In this document: positions 1 through 11,489 of the stretch, one piece after another
How positions within the stretch are numbered: the stretch's first letter is position 1
Layout of the letters: each line of letters begins with the position of its first letter
Assembly: GCA_964035545.1 (NCBI GenBank)
Contig: OZ037766.1
Span: forward strand, 6,004,722-6,068,721
Reading direction: 5' to 3'
Length of the DNA stretch: 64,000 nucleotides
Origin: Bugula neritina
Lineage: Eukaryota; Animalia; Bryozoa
Made by a program: the position numbers and the translations under genes
The notes under the pieces: generated by a model
What the model was told of the DNA's origin: nothing
Databases searched by the model: none
The model's input: only the letters and a program-made list of their open reading frames with translations

Positions 1-310
1 GAATTTTAGTACTTGCAAACTACTGCAAAAATACATACAAGTCTCAATACATGTAGTCAATAAAACATCAGAGAATTGCTGATGCTTCAGTTGATTAAAA
101 ATTGAACAACTTTAATCTAACAATCTTGCTATTATTAACAGTAGCAAAAACACATGCAGTAAAAACGCTACTCTGCATCAAAAGATATTCACAAAGTGTT
201 ACATAATAATGTTTGTGAAGTATGCTCCAATCCCAATATTTTCAGAGTCTTCACTCTACAAGACTGTGTAGTTGCAATCACTACCCAACTATTGCATCAT
301 TATGACATCA

Positions 311-3300
311 TCAAAGTTGAGACAACTCCCCTTCGCCAGCTTCTTCTAACCTAGTACTAGAGTTCATATTACCGTTGAGTTGTTCAGGAACTACTTTTCG
401 GCGATGGCTTAGAAAATTTGGACACACTGGCAGATAGCTTGTCCACTTGGCCCTAAATCAAGTAACAATACATTACACGCTGCAAAGTGCAACATTATAA
501 GATAAGTCTGCAGATGAAGTACAGGGTGCAAGAATTGATCACATTTATTTACAATTATTGTTTTAGCACTTTGATTTATAATATTTTTGATACAATCTAA
601 AAGCTAAAACCTAAAAAGCTTCATTATTTTAAGTATACTGTGAATACAATTATATAGGCTATAGTCCATTACCGTGTTCCCATTTCACAGAGCACATAAC
701 TCTAAGATAATAAAATAAACTTAGAGCTTTTTTTATTTAATTTAAATTAAATTTAAATTACTAAGAATACAGATAGTAAACTATTTAGACCAGGAAGAGA
801 GAAAGAGTTATATCATGCCATGGTTGTTTGAATATTAGTAATATTGAATTATATTATAATTATATCGAAAAACTATGTGCCATTAATTGCCCTGAAAAAC
901 ACATATTATAATATAGTCTTCAAGTTTATAAAAAAAATATTTCACCATCAATTATTTATAGTTTTCGTTGTTCAAAGTAATACTTGTAGACACTTGATGA
1001 AATTTAACTAGCAACCTGTCCTAAATCATTTCATTAAAAGCTACAAACTACACTCTTCTTACTTGTATATGGCTTCGTTTCCAAAGGGGAAGTCATAAGA
1101 TACAAAATTTTCTCTTATTTCTTGTGCAGAACTAACTTTGGTATCAATAACCCACGCGTTCATACCTCGTTCTTCAGCAGTTCCTGTTAGAATAGACATA
1201 TTCTTTGAGGTAATTGAAAACAGCATGCATGTGAAATTTTCACCAAGTGATACCTTTTTTGCTTTCAGTTAATGACAAAGGTTATGCTTTATTTTAATAT
1301 ATTTGTTTATTTATTTATTTTTCAACTAACTTCTATGCATGCAAATTGTTCTTACCAGGAATTGTGTTATCCATGAAAAAGGCAGCTGCTCCACCAACCA
1401 GCATGCCTGTGCTCAAAAGCACGTAAAATATTTCATCAATTATCGGCTCTCCTATAACAATGCATAATAATATGCTTGTATTACTTATTATTCATTAGCG
1501 GAAAATGTGCACTGCACTCATATTATGTATATCTTAATAGCTTTTGGATAAAATCTGCATGAGTAGCAACAGTACTAAATTGTTTAGTTACTTCTCCACT
1601 CACTATATCACACTATATGCTAGTAACTCTCTACTCACTACACTATATACTAGTAACTCTCTACTCACTATATCACACTATATGCTAGTAACTCTCTACT
1701 CACTACACTATATACTAGTAACTCTTTACTCTCTATATCACACTATATGCTAGTAATTCTCTACTCTAGTAGCTCCTAACTCACTTACTACATCACAAAG
1801 TTTTGTGACACAACTGACAGAAGGAGACGAACCAGCTGCCAGCATATTATTATCCTAAGATATTTGCATTATTCAGATATTGCTTGGTTAGTAAACTCAC
1901 TGAAATCATGACCCTTGTGACATAATGGCATGAACAGGTCATATGATGTGTGATGTATCAGAGGTGCTGAGTAATAAATAATGTATCTGAATACACATAA
2001 CAAGTTGACAACACTGTGGAATGCTTTAAAATGCAGAAGTTAATTATGTTGATGCCTCAACTATTTATTGCTAAATTAAAATTATGACTTTAAATTGGAA
2101 TAGTGATATAAGATACTCTTTGACAAAGAATACAAAGTGTACAGTGCACTGAGCTAATTATGTTTACTAATTTAAACAGCATTATCTCATTATAATACTT
2201 GTGCTTATGGGAGCAGCTACGTGGTCTAGGGGTTAGAGTGTTTGCTTAGTAACCCGAGGCCATGGGTTCGAACCCCAGTAAAGGCCATTTGTGATGTTAG
2301 AAAGAGCACCAAGTCATAATTGCCTCTGCACCACATAAAAGTAGGTCCTTAGCCTGCTTTCCATCTCATAGGAATAGTGACTATAAATGTGCTTAGGTAC
2401 CTGTACTTATGAGTTCTTTGTTATTGTCAATCCATGCTGGTACACCAAGTCCCAGGGTAAGCGAAGAGCCAATTATAAAAAGATTCCGTGAAGAATTAAG
2501 ATCAACAAACTGAAGATTTGAAAGACCCACAGATGTAATCATACCTAAAATTGAAATAATAGCAAGTCACATTAAAATCTTGTTCTCTCTTTTGGCCATG
2601 ATTACTTTTGAGTTTTTGATGCAGCATGAAATAAATTTTTATAACTAGATATAATAATTGTTACTACTTCAAGCTACCACCAATAATTTACTGACCAAAC
2701 ATTGCCAGATACATGCCACCCATCACAGGGTCTGGTAGGGTAATTAGAACAGCACAGAATTTTGTGAAGGTTCCAGCAATAATCATAAACGCGGCAGCAA
2801 CCTGTATAACTCTTCTGCTGCCAACCTAAAGCATACACAAAGTAATAGTATAGATGATAGACACATAGATTAAATACAACTGGTGCTTGACAAATAACTA
2901 TAGTTGTATCTCTCTTGGGCGTACCCCTATATAATAGCACAGAACCTTGCTCTTCATTCATGGAAGGTATGACTATTAAAAGATTGACTGTTTAGAGATG
3001 CACCACTTTTATGGGGTTCAGATTACCCAGAATCCCCTGTGCTGTAGTGATTAGCACCTAGCACCTAGCTTGCAAGGAGGTCTGGTGGAGTTCCAGTGGG
3101 GAAATATTTTTTAGGTTTATGTATATATAACTGTTACATAATATTGTTAACAGACAATAAAAGAGACAAGTAAAACAATAAAACAGACAACAGCAAAAAT
3201 AAACTAGACTTATTAAAACAAGAATATTAAAAAACGGTAATAGAACATAAACTTTTGCAAGTTTTAGGAAAGTTTATATAGTAACAACTAACAAGCTGGT

Positions 3301-5435
3301 TAATTGATGAGGTTTCCTATATATATAATATAAAGTCATATTTACATTTTTACTTCATAAGGATCAATGTTTTCTTTCAAAATATGATGGAAAATCACTT
3401 GACTAGTCAAATAATGTTTATCAAATTATGTAGTTGGTGAAAAATAAATTCCCAGTTGCTATTTCAATTATAACAAAATAATACGGTTTTAGATGTACGG
3501 TTTTAGATGAATGGTTTTATGTTTTACAGCTAAAGTTAATTTGTTTTCAAGCCTGCAGAACTTTCACTTTGGCAAAACATCAAAGGAAGACTTACACGTG
3601 TACACATTAATATTTAGAAGCCATATTTGAGTATAGCTGTCAATAGTTTTCTAGTTCCGTAGCTTTTTATTATAAGAATTTTACAGCTTGAAAAATAAAA
3701 ATATGTGCACAAGAAACAGTAAAGCTTCACCTACCTGATTAACATGGATCTAGTATGATAGGTTTTTCCTAAGCCTTAAGTCAATTATTGTAAATAAATT
3801 GTTATAGGGTAGTAGTCAATCGGTTACCTAAACATAATTAAAATTTTAGCTAATAAACAGCTGCATTAGGAAGTAAAGTTAGACCATGTAGAAGTTGCAC
3901 CTGAGTGATAGACAGGGCCCCAATATTCTGACTGAAAGATGTAGTGCCGGATCCAGTACCCCAGGCAGCAGCAACAAGGCACCCAACCCCTTCCATGCCA
4001 ATACCTCTGTTGATGGCAGCAGTGGTGGGTGGTGGTGCACCAGACAATCTAGAAAGTTTATTGTCAGTATATAATTAGCATTAATAAACTATTTTAAATT
4101 ATAAATTTAGTAGAAGGAGAGGATTATGAATAAAGCTAACAAACCTAGCAGCTACGTAATAGTCTCCAATAGATTCTACCATAGATGCTATGATTCCTGC
4201 CAGCATACCAAATATACCAGCTACAGTTACAGTTGGTTTACCCCACTGCCCTGTAATACACTGTGTTTCGGTCACATAGCCTTACGGATGCTTGTACAAT
4301 GAACTTATGGCTGTGGTTTCATTTGATACAACTGTCTCCAAAAACTATATGAAAGATCCATTTACAGTGATATAGTATAATATTATTTCACTGCTGTTTC
4401 TAAAGCTATAGTTGGTTATTTCAAATTACAAATATGTTATCTACAATATTATGATTACCTTACCTGGATATGGAAATCTGAACCATTTAGCATTAGTGAG
4501 CACAGAAATTCTACTGTCAGTCCGAGCTTTATAATATATGTGACCTTTATCATCAGGGAATACATTGGTGTAGGTCAAAATCACAGAAACTATGTAAGCC
4601 ACAAGTATAGCTAAAATGACCTGCAATTAAAATGACTGGCTATTAAACTCTTATTCTCACATCTGTGGTCAATTGTCAGCACTAAAATGTGACCGAAAAT
4701 AGGCTCTTGTATAATTAAATTAAAGCCAGGCTGCTTGCTGGATGTTTTCAAGAGCTGTAGATCTAACAACTTTTTTTTCAAGTTTTTATTTCAAACTAAC
4801 TTACAGGAAATAACTGAAAGATTGGATATCCTAAAGATTTTGAGCATTTTCCATTTGAGTAGCTTGGGATCTTTACTTTAGCCATGTATTGGGAGAATAT
4901 CAATATTAGAGCGAATGTTCTACAACATATTTAACTCTAATAATACTAAACATGTATAGCAGAAAATATATTGTGAACTATTCCAAGTCAATTACATAAT
5001 AATATAGTATATAGTACCTAGAAAAATGTTTTATTGAGCTAAAAGATAAGCACAATATTTTAGCCCATTCAGTAATTTAACTTGAAGGAAAAAGTCAACA
5101 AAACTAATTCAAAACTAAAGCTCCCAATTGAAGTGCATTGAATCAGAATTTTATAAGGCTGCAATGTTACATTAGGTTGTATTTAATATGTAAATGTAAG
5201 AACTACGACTAATGAAAACTCACAGAAAAGCTATGCCCCATTGGTTTGCAGCAATATCAGCAGCAAGATTAGCCAAAGAGAGACCAATCAGACTTATGGT
5301 AACTGTTATCACAATTGGTCCAATGAACTTTAGCAGCAGTCCCATTATACCAGAAAATCCCACCAAAATCTCCAAGACAGAAGCGACCATAATTGTGCCT
5401 TGTACCTGTCAACAAATATACAATGATTAGTAATA

Positions 5436-5487
<52 letters not shown>

Positions 5488-8400
5488 GACTTGAACATTT
5501 TAGGATTCTATAAACTCAAGCACTTGTAGCTTGTAGTGAATTTAAATACTTTATTAAATGGTGGTGAAAAATACATCAAGTATACATAATGAGAATGAAA
5601 ACTTTTACAATCAACCAACAAGATGGAATTTAAATGTTCATGAAATTATAGCTATTGCTTGAATAATTCAGATTACATACTATATGAGTCATTTTTAAGT
5701 ATTATAAAAAGATGAAGTTTCAATAGTAACATAATAAACAGTAGTTATAGAGTTAAATCTCACAATTTAGATTATACAACTTCGTTTTATATAATCAATG
5801 ACATAAGAATAACCATACTTGAAAAATACATGTACATGCACCATGGACCTAAAATAGCTATATAAGATAGCTTCTGCACGCATAAAAATAATTGAGAAGC
5901 ACACGCATGCTATTAATGCTGTGCCATGATGTCCAAAGGAGGACTATTCTGCATTTTCAATTAAAAACCTTTGAGTTTAGTAACTGGTACTTCATGTACA
6001 TGAATATTTGAAATAGCAGAATAAATTCAATCATATGCTAATACAATTCAAAAAAAATATCAGTAAATATACGCACAGCCCTCATTCTAGCTCTCCAGGC
6101 CTCCCTGTGTTCTTCTGAACCATTTATGACAACTGGCTCTGTGGAATTTGGATTCATTATATAGAACTCTGTTAAGTTTGACCCTGTGGAAAGAGAACGA
6201 ATTTGCTTATATCAAATTCAATAGCAAACGAATCAGGGAGAGGTTAAAAAAATCACGACTAAATGTCATGTGACATGCTAAGCAACAGGCTGCTATTAAC
6301 TAACTCCTTTCATATGTTTTTGTAAAATAATTGCCCCCACTGGGAATCAAAACCCGAGTCCTCTGGCTTGCAAGCAAGTGTGCTACCATTACACCATGGA
6401 GGCCACTGGGTGAACTCAACACTACAGTTTTAAGTTTGTTTTATATGCCAACTGTTACCTGCCACGTGGTCAATAATGATATTTATCAGGACTATCACAA
6501 CCGTTGTGACATAAGGCATAATACTATGACTTTGAAGATGCGGGAAAAACAATGTTGTAGCAGTAGGCCTAATATTACTATAACACACAGAGCCATGTTT
6601 TTAATATATTAGAATGGGTCAATTCAACCTTTAGTCTTTTACTAAATGTAAATTCCCATTTTTAACGAATAAGGAATTTGCAATGGTTTTTCATAAATTC
6701 ATTACATACTATGTGGCAACATTGTCACTCTTATTATTAATTTACAGCATTGGTTGATGCAACATTGTTTAACACTTTTGAGCTAGTAACTAAAATTCAA
6801 ATTTTGAAATTATATTCTTTGAGTTGACTATTGCTATTATTCTGGCATACCATGAGATAATAACTGCTGCAGCTTATAACCATTACTCTGAGAAGTTTAG
6901 TAATTATAACTTTTGCAGTTGCATAATTCGAGCCTTAAAAATAAGAATTCTGCGAGAATCAGCTGACAACAGATAGGTACTTGTCATAAATGTCGAAATA
7001 TAAAGTTAGTTGTCATTCAAGGTGAGCTGTGAAAAAAACAGCTTTTAAGTACACAAGGGCAACACATTAAAATAATTTACGTGGTAAGGTATCATATATT
7101 TTTGACAAATTTCACTTTCTAGGACCAAAACACTACTGAAAAATTTGAGATTTATCTATGATTCTAAAGTTATTTATGTTAAGGCATAACATGTTAAGGC
7201 AAAATTTCAACAGCTTAATATAATCTAATATTTTATTTTCCTCAACGCAAATGTAGACATTAAATCTCAAATTGAGTTTTTTTAAATGTTGAAAAGTACA
7301 GAAGTTGTTAGGCAAATAAATGTGTATATTTTAATTATTCTCCTTAATCTTTTTTCAATATACATGGACAATGTTTTCCCAAATCTAGGATTTCACTTTA
7401 AACTAGTAAAACTAAATTTCTTATATCTATATAAGCATCACTTTGAGCTTACCCACTGGAAGAACTGTTGGACAATCGCCAAAAGTGCTAGCAATTGCAA
7501 ATAAAGGTGGTAGGAATGCCGCACTGCCTCCTTGGACGATAGGAAGTCTACAAAACACAAACAGTTTAAAGTGACAACATATTTTTGCCATCATATGTGT
7601 GGAACTTGGCAGCCTACAGATTTGACTATAAGTACCGCCATGACATCATCAAAAGCATGCCTCCAGTGAGTCATAGTGGCCAGAAGATATAAAGGAATAG
7701 TGAAATTAGCCTCCTAGTAACTAGAAAACTACAGCGCAGAAGCTTATTAGTATTTCTTAGTGCAAATTTCAGAGATATCATAAATAAACTTTTATTTGCA
7801 AATTTCACCAAAAATAAGTTTTTAATTCCATCAGGAGAAGTTTCTAATCATAAGTTTCAGTAAAAACAGTTTACAGCTGAAAATATGATTTCAACTTTAA
7901 TGCTATTTTGTTCATTGCATCAAACTTTTTTTCACAACAGCTTTAATTAAATCATCTTGCATTTTACAGCCGATATTTTTAACTTACAGTTTACAATAGC
8001 ATATAATATTTAATAATGTTTTAGATAACCTCCAAAGTGCTTATAAGCATAGAAGTTGAACTAACCTGCACCCAAACAATGTCTGAAGAAAAGTATTTAT
8101 CCCGGCCACAACAAATATAGTTCCAATAATCTCTGCCTTAGCCAGCTCATCTGTTTCCTGGCCAACTTGAATACACAGCGGTGCAGATATGATGAGAGGA
8201 GCAGAAATGACGGTGGTAGCCAATGTCAAAAAATGCTGTTAGTCAAAAAGGAAAATTACATATGTAACGACAGGGTAAATTTGTGTGTGTGCGCGTGTAT
8301 GTGTGATGAAAATAATTATTACAGTAACTTAAGCACCAGTTACATGGTATTATAGAAGCAACAGAACATCAAGAGACAAGCTGTATTTCCCCAAAAAAGC

Positions 8401-8600
8401 TCTGCCTAAATCTATACAGATTCACTTTCTCCTACCTGCAGTCCAAGAACAATGCAGATATGCCATGGTGGCACATCTTCTATAGCATACTGCAGTTTTG
8501 GTAGTTCATCTATGCTCTTTATTGGCTCCACCTTGTCATCATTGTTAATTGGCATTTTCTTTTTTGCAACCTCTATCTTGTCATGTTCTCTTTCAGCCAT
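311..8600 (-). CDS. SLC23A: Nucleobase-ascorbate transporter (SLC23/NAT/NCS2 family), ~625 aa, 14 coding exons
   Basis: Exons (minus): 8600-8436, 8235-8066, 7547-7453, 6183-6077, 5405-5224, 4919-4805, 4620-4464, 4250-4145, 4048-3901, 2825-2696, 2544-2401, 1451-1356, 1183-1063, 452-311. All are GT-AG with consistent phases and total 1878 nt. Motifs: [14 protein letters not shown]|HFL (TM1 QH), [39 protein letters not shown] signature [41 protein letters not shown]. The exact paralog cannot be assigned. Confidence 0.95.
1592..1768. repeat. Intronic minisatellite, ~30-35 bp unit (tagtaactctctactcactatatcacactatatgc)
   Basis: About 5 tandem units are directly visible; they generate the spurious ORF 1544-1753. 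Confidence 0.9.
2211..2392 (+). mobile_element. tRNA-derived SINE, family A, copy 1
   Basis: A-box-like TGGTCTAGGGG and B-box GGTTCGAACCC, followed by the core gtgatgttag(g/a)aagagca..agtcat shared with 16872-17055 (-) and 56330-56495 (+). Confidence 0.8.
3040..3105 (+). pseudogene. Highly degenerate tRNA-like fragment related to 6333-6403
   Basis: gtagtgattagcac..gcttgcaag..gagg..ttccagtgggg resembles the reverse complement of 6333-6403. Confidence 0.4.
5437..5484. repeat. (TA)n microsatellite
   Basis: Directly visible. Confidence 0.95.
6333..6403 (-). pseudogene. tRNA pseudogene or tRNA-derived repeat head
   Basis: The minus strand folds an acceptor stem (GCCTCCA/TGGGGGC) and a D arm (GTGT-AATGGTA-GCAC). 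However, the anticodon loop is only 6 nt with a stem mismatch, and the T loop reads TTTTGA instead of TTCGA. Confidence 0.65.
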
Positions 8601-10977
8601 TGGTTCAAGGAGGTCTAAAAAGACAAAAGAGAGCAAACTGAGGTTTTATTTAGTTTGCTTTTGTGTCAGAATTTGTAAACTTTTGAAGCTGATTCTTATT
8701 TCCACTATGCACTGTTGCATTAGTTAATCAACGTATAGTTAAAACTACAAACTTGGACAAAAAAGACATTAAGAGTTTATTCCCAAAGTTTTTTTAGTAT
8801 AAAGGAGCAAGCAAGTTTAATTTTATAAGTGTTTAACATCAAATGAAGTATTTGGGTTAAAAGAAACATATAAAATTGAGCTTGAAGCAAATTGTACAAC
8901 TTAGCTGTGAAAATTACAAACCAAAAGCTACGGACATAGCTATGTCTTTGAAGAAGAGCCATCAGTTTATAACTTGACAAGCTGTATGTTCAGTCAGTCA
9001 CTATAGCCACTTATATAATTTAAAAGTCCGCCAAAGCTTTAATAAATAGTTAGACAACCATCATAAAAAGCATGCTGTAGGTATATATAATGCATTGTTT
9101 AGATGTAAATTGATTGCAGTTTGTTATTGTTAAATGAGACATATATTTTAATGAATTCAAAATAATTGTGTATAGGATAATATCACTTAAACTTCATAGT
9201 TTTATAGTATGTACTTTGAACAAATAAAATTGCATTTGTTTTTACCACTTTAACTAAACATTTTTGGCATGTTTACCATATTATTGTTGACATGATAATA
9301 ATCTATATAACTTCCATCAAAACATCCTGTAATTTAAAGCAACTGAATTTAATGTGATTACCCTTGAAAATAAAAGTTGTTTATTATTTTTCAAAGAAAA
9401 ACTGTGCAACTGCATGATTATTCTTAGCAGCACTGAAATTGTAAGACATATAACTAAAAGCATAATAATAGTATATATGGTATTGATTCTCAAACATACC
9501 TTAAGTTCTATTAGTTAGTACGTAGATGTTGACCTCCGTTCAGTCCATGCAGTGCAACACTTCTTTGTAAATAGTTTACTCTTGATAAATCCGCTGCTAT
9601 ACCAGCATTTATGTATATGACCTGCCGTATTGCAATGTATTGCTATGGTTTTTAGCTGTGCCAGTAACTTAATTATACAAGCACGATACTTGCTATGGCT
9701 CACTGCACTCCAGATTGTCCAGTAAATAAGCAGCAAGCTTTAATTGTCCTCAGAATTATGCAAATTACAACCAACCCATCAGTTTTGGTTTCAACAATCT
9801 ATTATGTAACAAATTTGCTAGCAACAGCTTTTTATACATATAGTAATTGTTGATAACCTGGTACTAATCAGAAAAAGTTGTATTATGTAGCTTATACTAA
9901 CCAGCATTAACTGCAGTATTTAATTGTATAAACAATTTTGATGTTCTCCATTAAAAACAAGCTAAAGAGCCATATACCTGTTGAAATAAGCAAACCAGTG
10001 TTTAAATTTACCAGCTGTTGTGTTTTTGTCCTGTTTACTAGCAACTTACTAAACTTATCAACTTACAACTCGACTTATCATAAGTGCTTAAGTTTCTGTT
10101 CTCAGTGACTGTACACAAGCTTACAAATTCATAGTGATAAAAGGAATTTGGCTACTTTAAATAGCTTGAACTTTGCATGTATGTATGCAATTTGACAAAG
10201 CTTGCTTCTATAAGTAGTTTGTTGATTTGCAATTTAATCATAATTTTCTTTGCCTTGTGGCATGTGGTGATTAGTTTCTACGATCAGCAGAACATTTTAT
10301 TCATAGGGGGTATGCTAAAGACTTTATATAATTTGTGATAGAAACAGTTTACATCATAAATGATAAAATATGGCAAAACTCATAAAATGCATCAACATCT
10401 AAATTTCATCAAGAACGGTGTCTTTAATTTTATAGATGAAGATTGCTATGTTGAAATACTGTGCAAATACTTAGCGAGTTTTAAACATGAAACAGCTTCA
10501 CTACGAACGTGAACTTTTTGAGTGTTATTTTTATTTGCTCAGAATATTTTCTATGGTCTTTTAGGTGTTACAAACTTAATAATATTAGCATTATTAGTAA
10601 AAACTCTCGCCTTGTATAAGCTCCAAAAAAATGTGAAGGTTAGGCTATGTTGAAAAGAGAGAAAAAATACATTGTATCTAAATAAACAATTTGACCTACA
10701 ATACACTTGGTAAACATCTTAAGTAACAGCAATAATTGTGCCTGGGAATATTTCAGTGTATTCAAAACCAGCCTCACAACAAATCATCTTCATTATGCAT
10801 CATCTAAAAATGCTATTCCCAGCAAATTGAATTTAGAAAGGAGTGCCCAAAATTAAAACCATATGTACATGAATATATTTGCTTAAAGAAACAAAAGTTA
10901 TATTTATTACAATACAAGTTCAAATGCATGGGAACACCACGTTCAATACTTTGCAAAAAAACATTTATTTTTCTAAT

Positions 10978-11196
10978 TTATAAATAAATTAGAACATTTC
11001 CACCCATGTTTACTGAATGTATTTCATCGTTCAAAGTTTCATGAGCTTTTAGAGTTTTTTTGGCAAAATAATCACGTTTAGCTGCAAGCCATCGAAGCCT
11101 CCATGATTTTAGGTACCAGCCAAAAACAGTTCCAGCTATGAAGATACTGCCTACTACAGCCAGTCCTGTTTTGCTGGTCAATCGAACAGGCTTCAT
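10978..11196 (-). CDS. MTLN: Mitoregulin-like single-pass microprotein, 72 aa
   Basis: ATG in AAAATG context. One hydrophobic helix followed by a basic amphipathic segment. Ungapped match to recalled human mitoregulin: FIAGTVFGWYLKSWRLRWL..KR....KK vs FASGVLLGWQANRLRRRYL..RK....DK. Splice acceptor just upstream (~11235-11243) and AATAAA just downstream of the stop. Confidence 0.75.
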   Translation of the reverse strand: MKPVRLTSKTGLAVVGSIFIAGTVFGWYLKSWRLRWLAAKRDYFAKKTLKAHETLNDEIHSVNMGGNVLIYL

Positions 11197-11339
11197 TTTT
11201 AGGTCTTTCCAAGTGGTGGAGTTTTAGTAGCTTTCTATAGACCTACAGAGACGAACATTTGAATGCTGAAATGCTGATTTGGCAATAATGCACACACACT
11301 AACTAGCTCCAACTCATCTGTGTATGCACAAACTCTAGC

Positions 11340-11478
11340 TACCTGTGCCATTTTTACCTGTGCTATTTCTACCTGTGCCATTTTTACCTGTGCCAATTTA
11401 ACCTTTGCCACTTTTACCTTTGCCACTTTTACCTTTGCCACTTTTACCTTTGCCACTTTTACCTTTGCCACTTTTACC
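11340..11478. repeat. 15-bp tandem array (acctttgccactttt), ~9 units
   Basis: Directly visible, with a divergence gradient (tgtgccatttt units, then tttgccactttt units); ends in ttttaccggaaacc. Confidence 0.9.
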
Positions 11479-11489
11479 GGAAACCAGCT

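Noticed and set aside
6333-6403. Functional tRNA gene (also 2211-2285)
   Set aside because: The anticodon and T loops are defective, and the 2211 copy continues into a SINE body.
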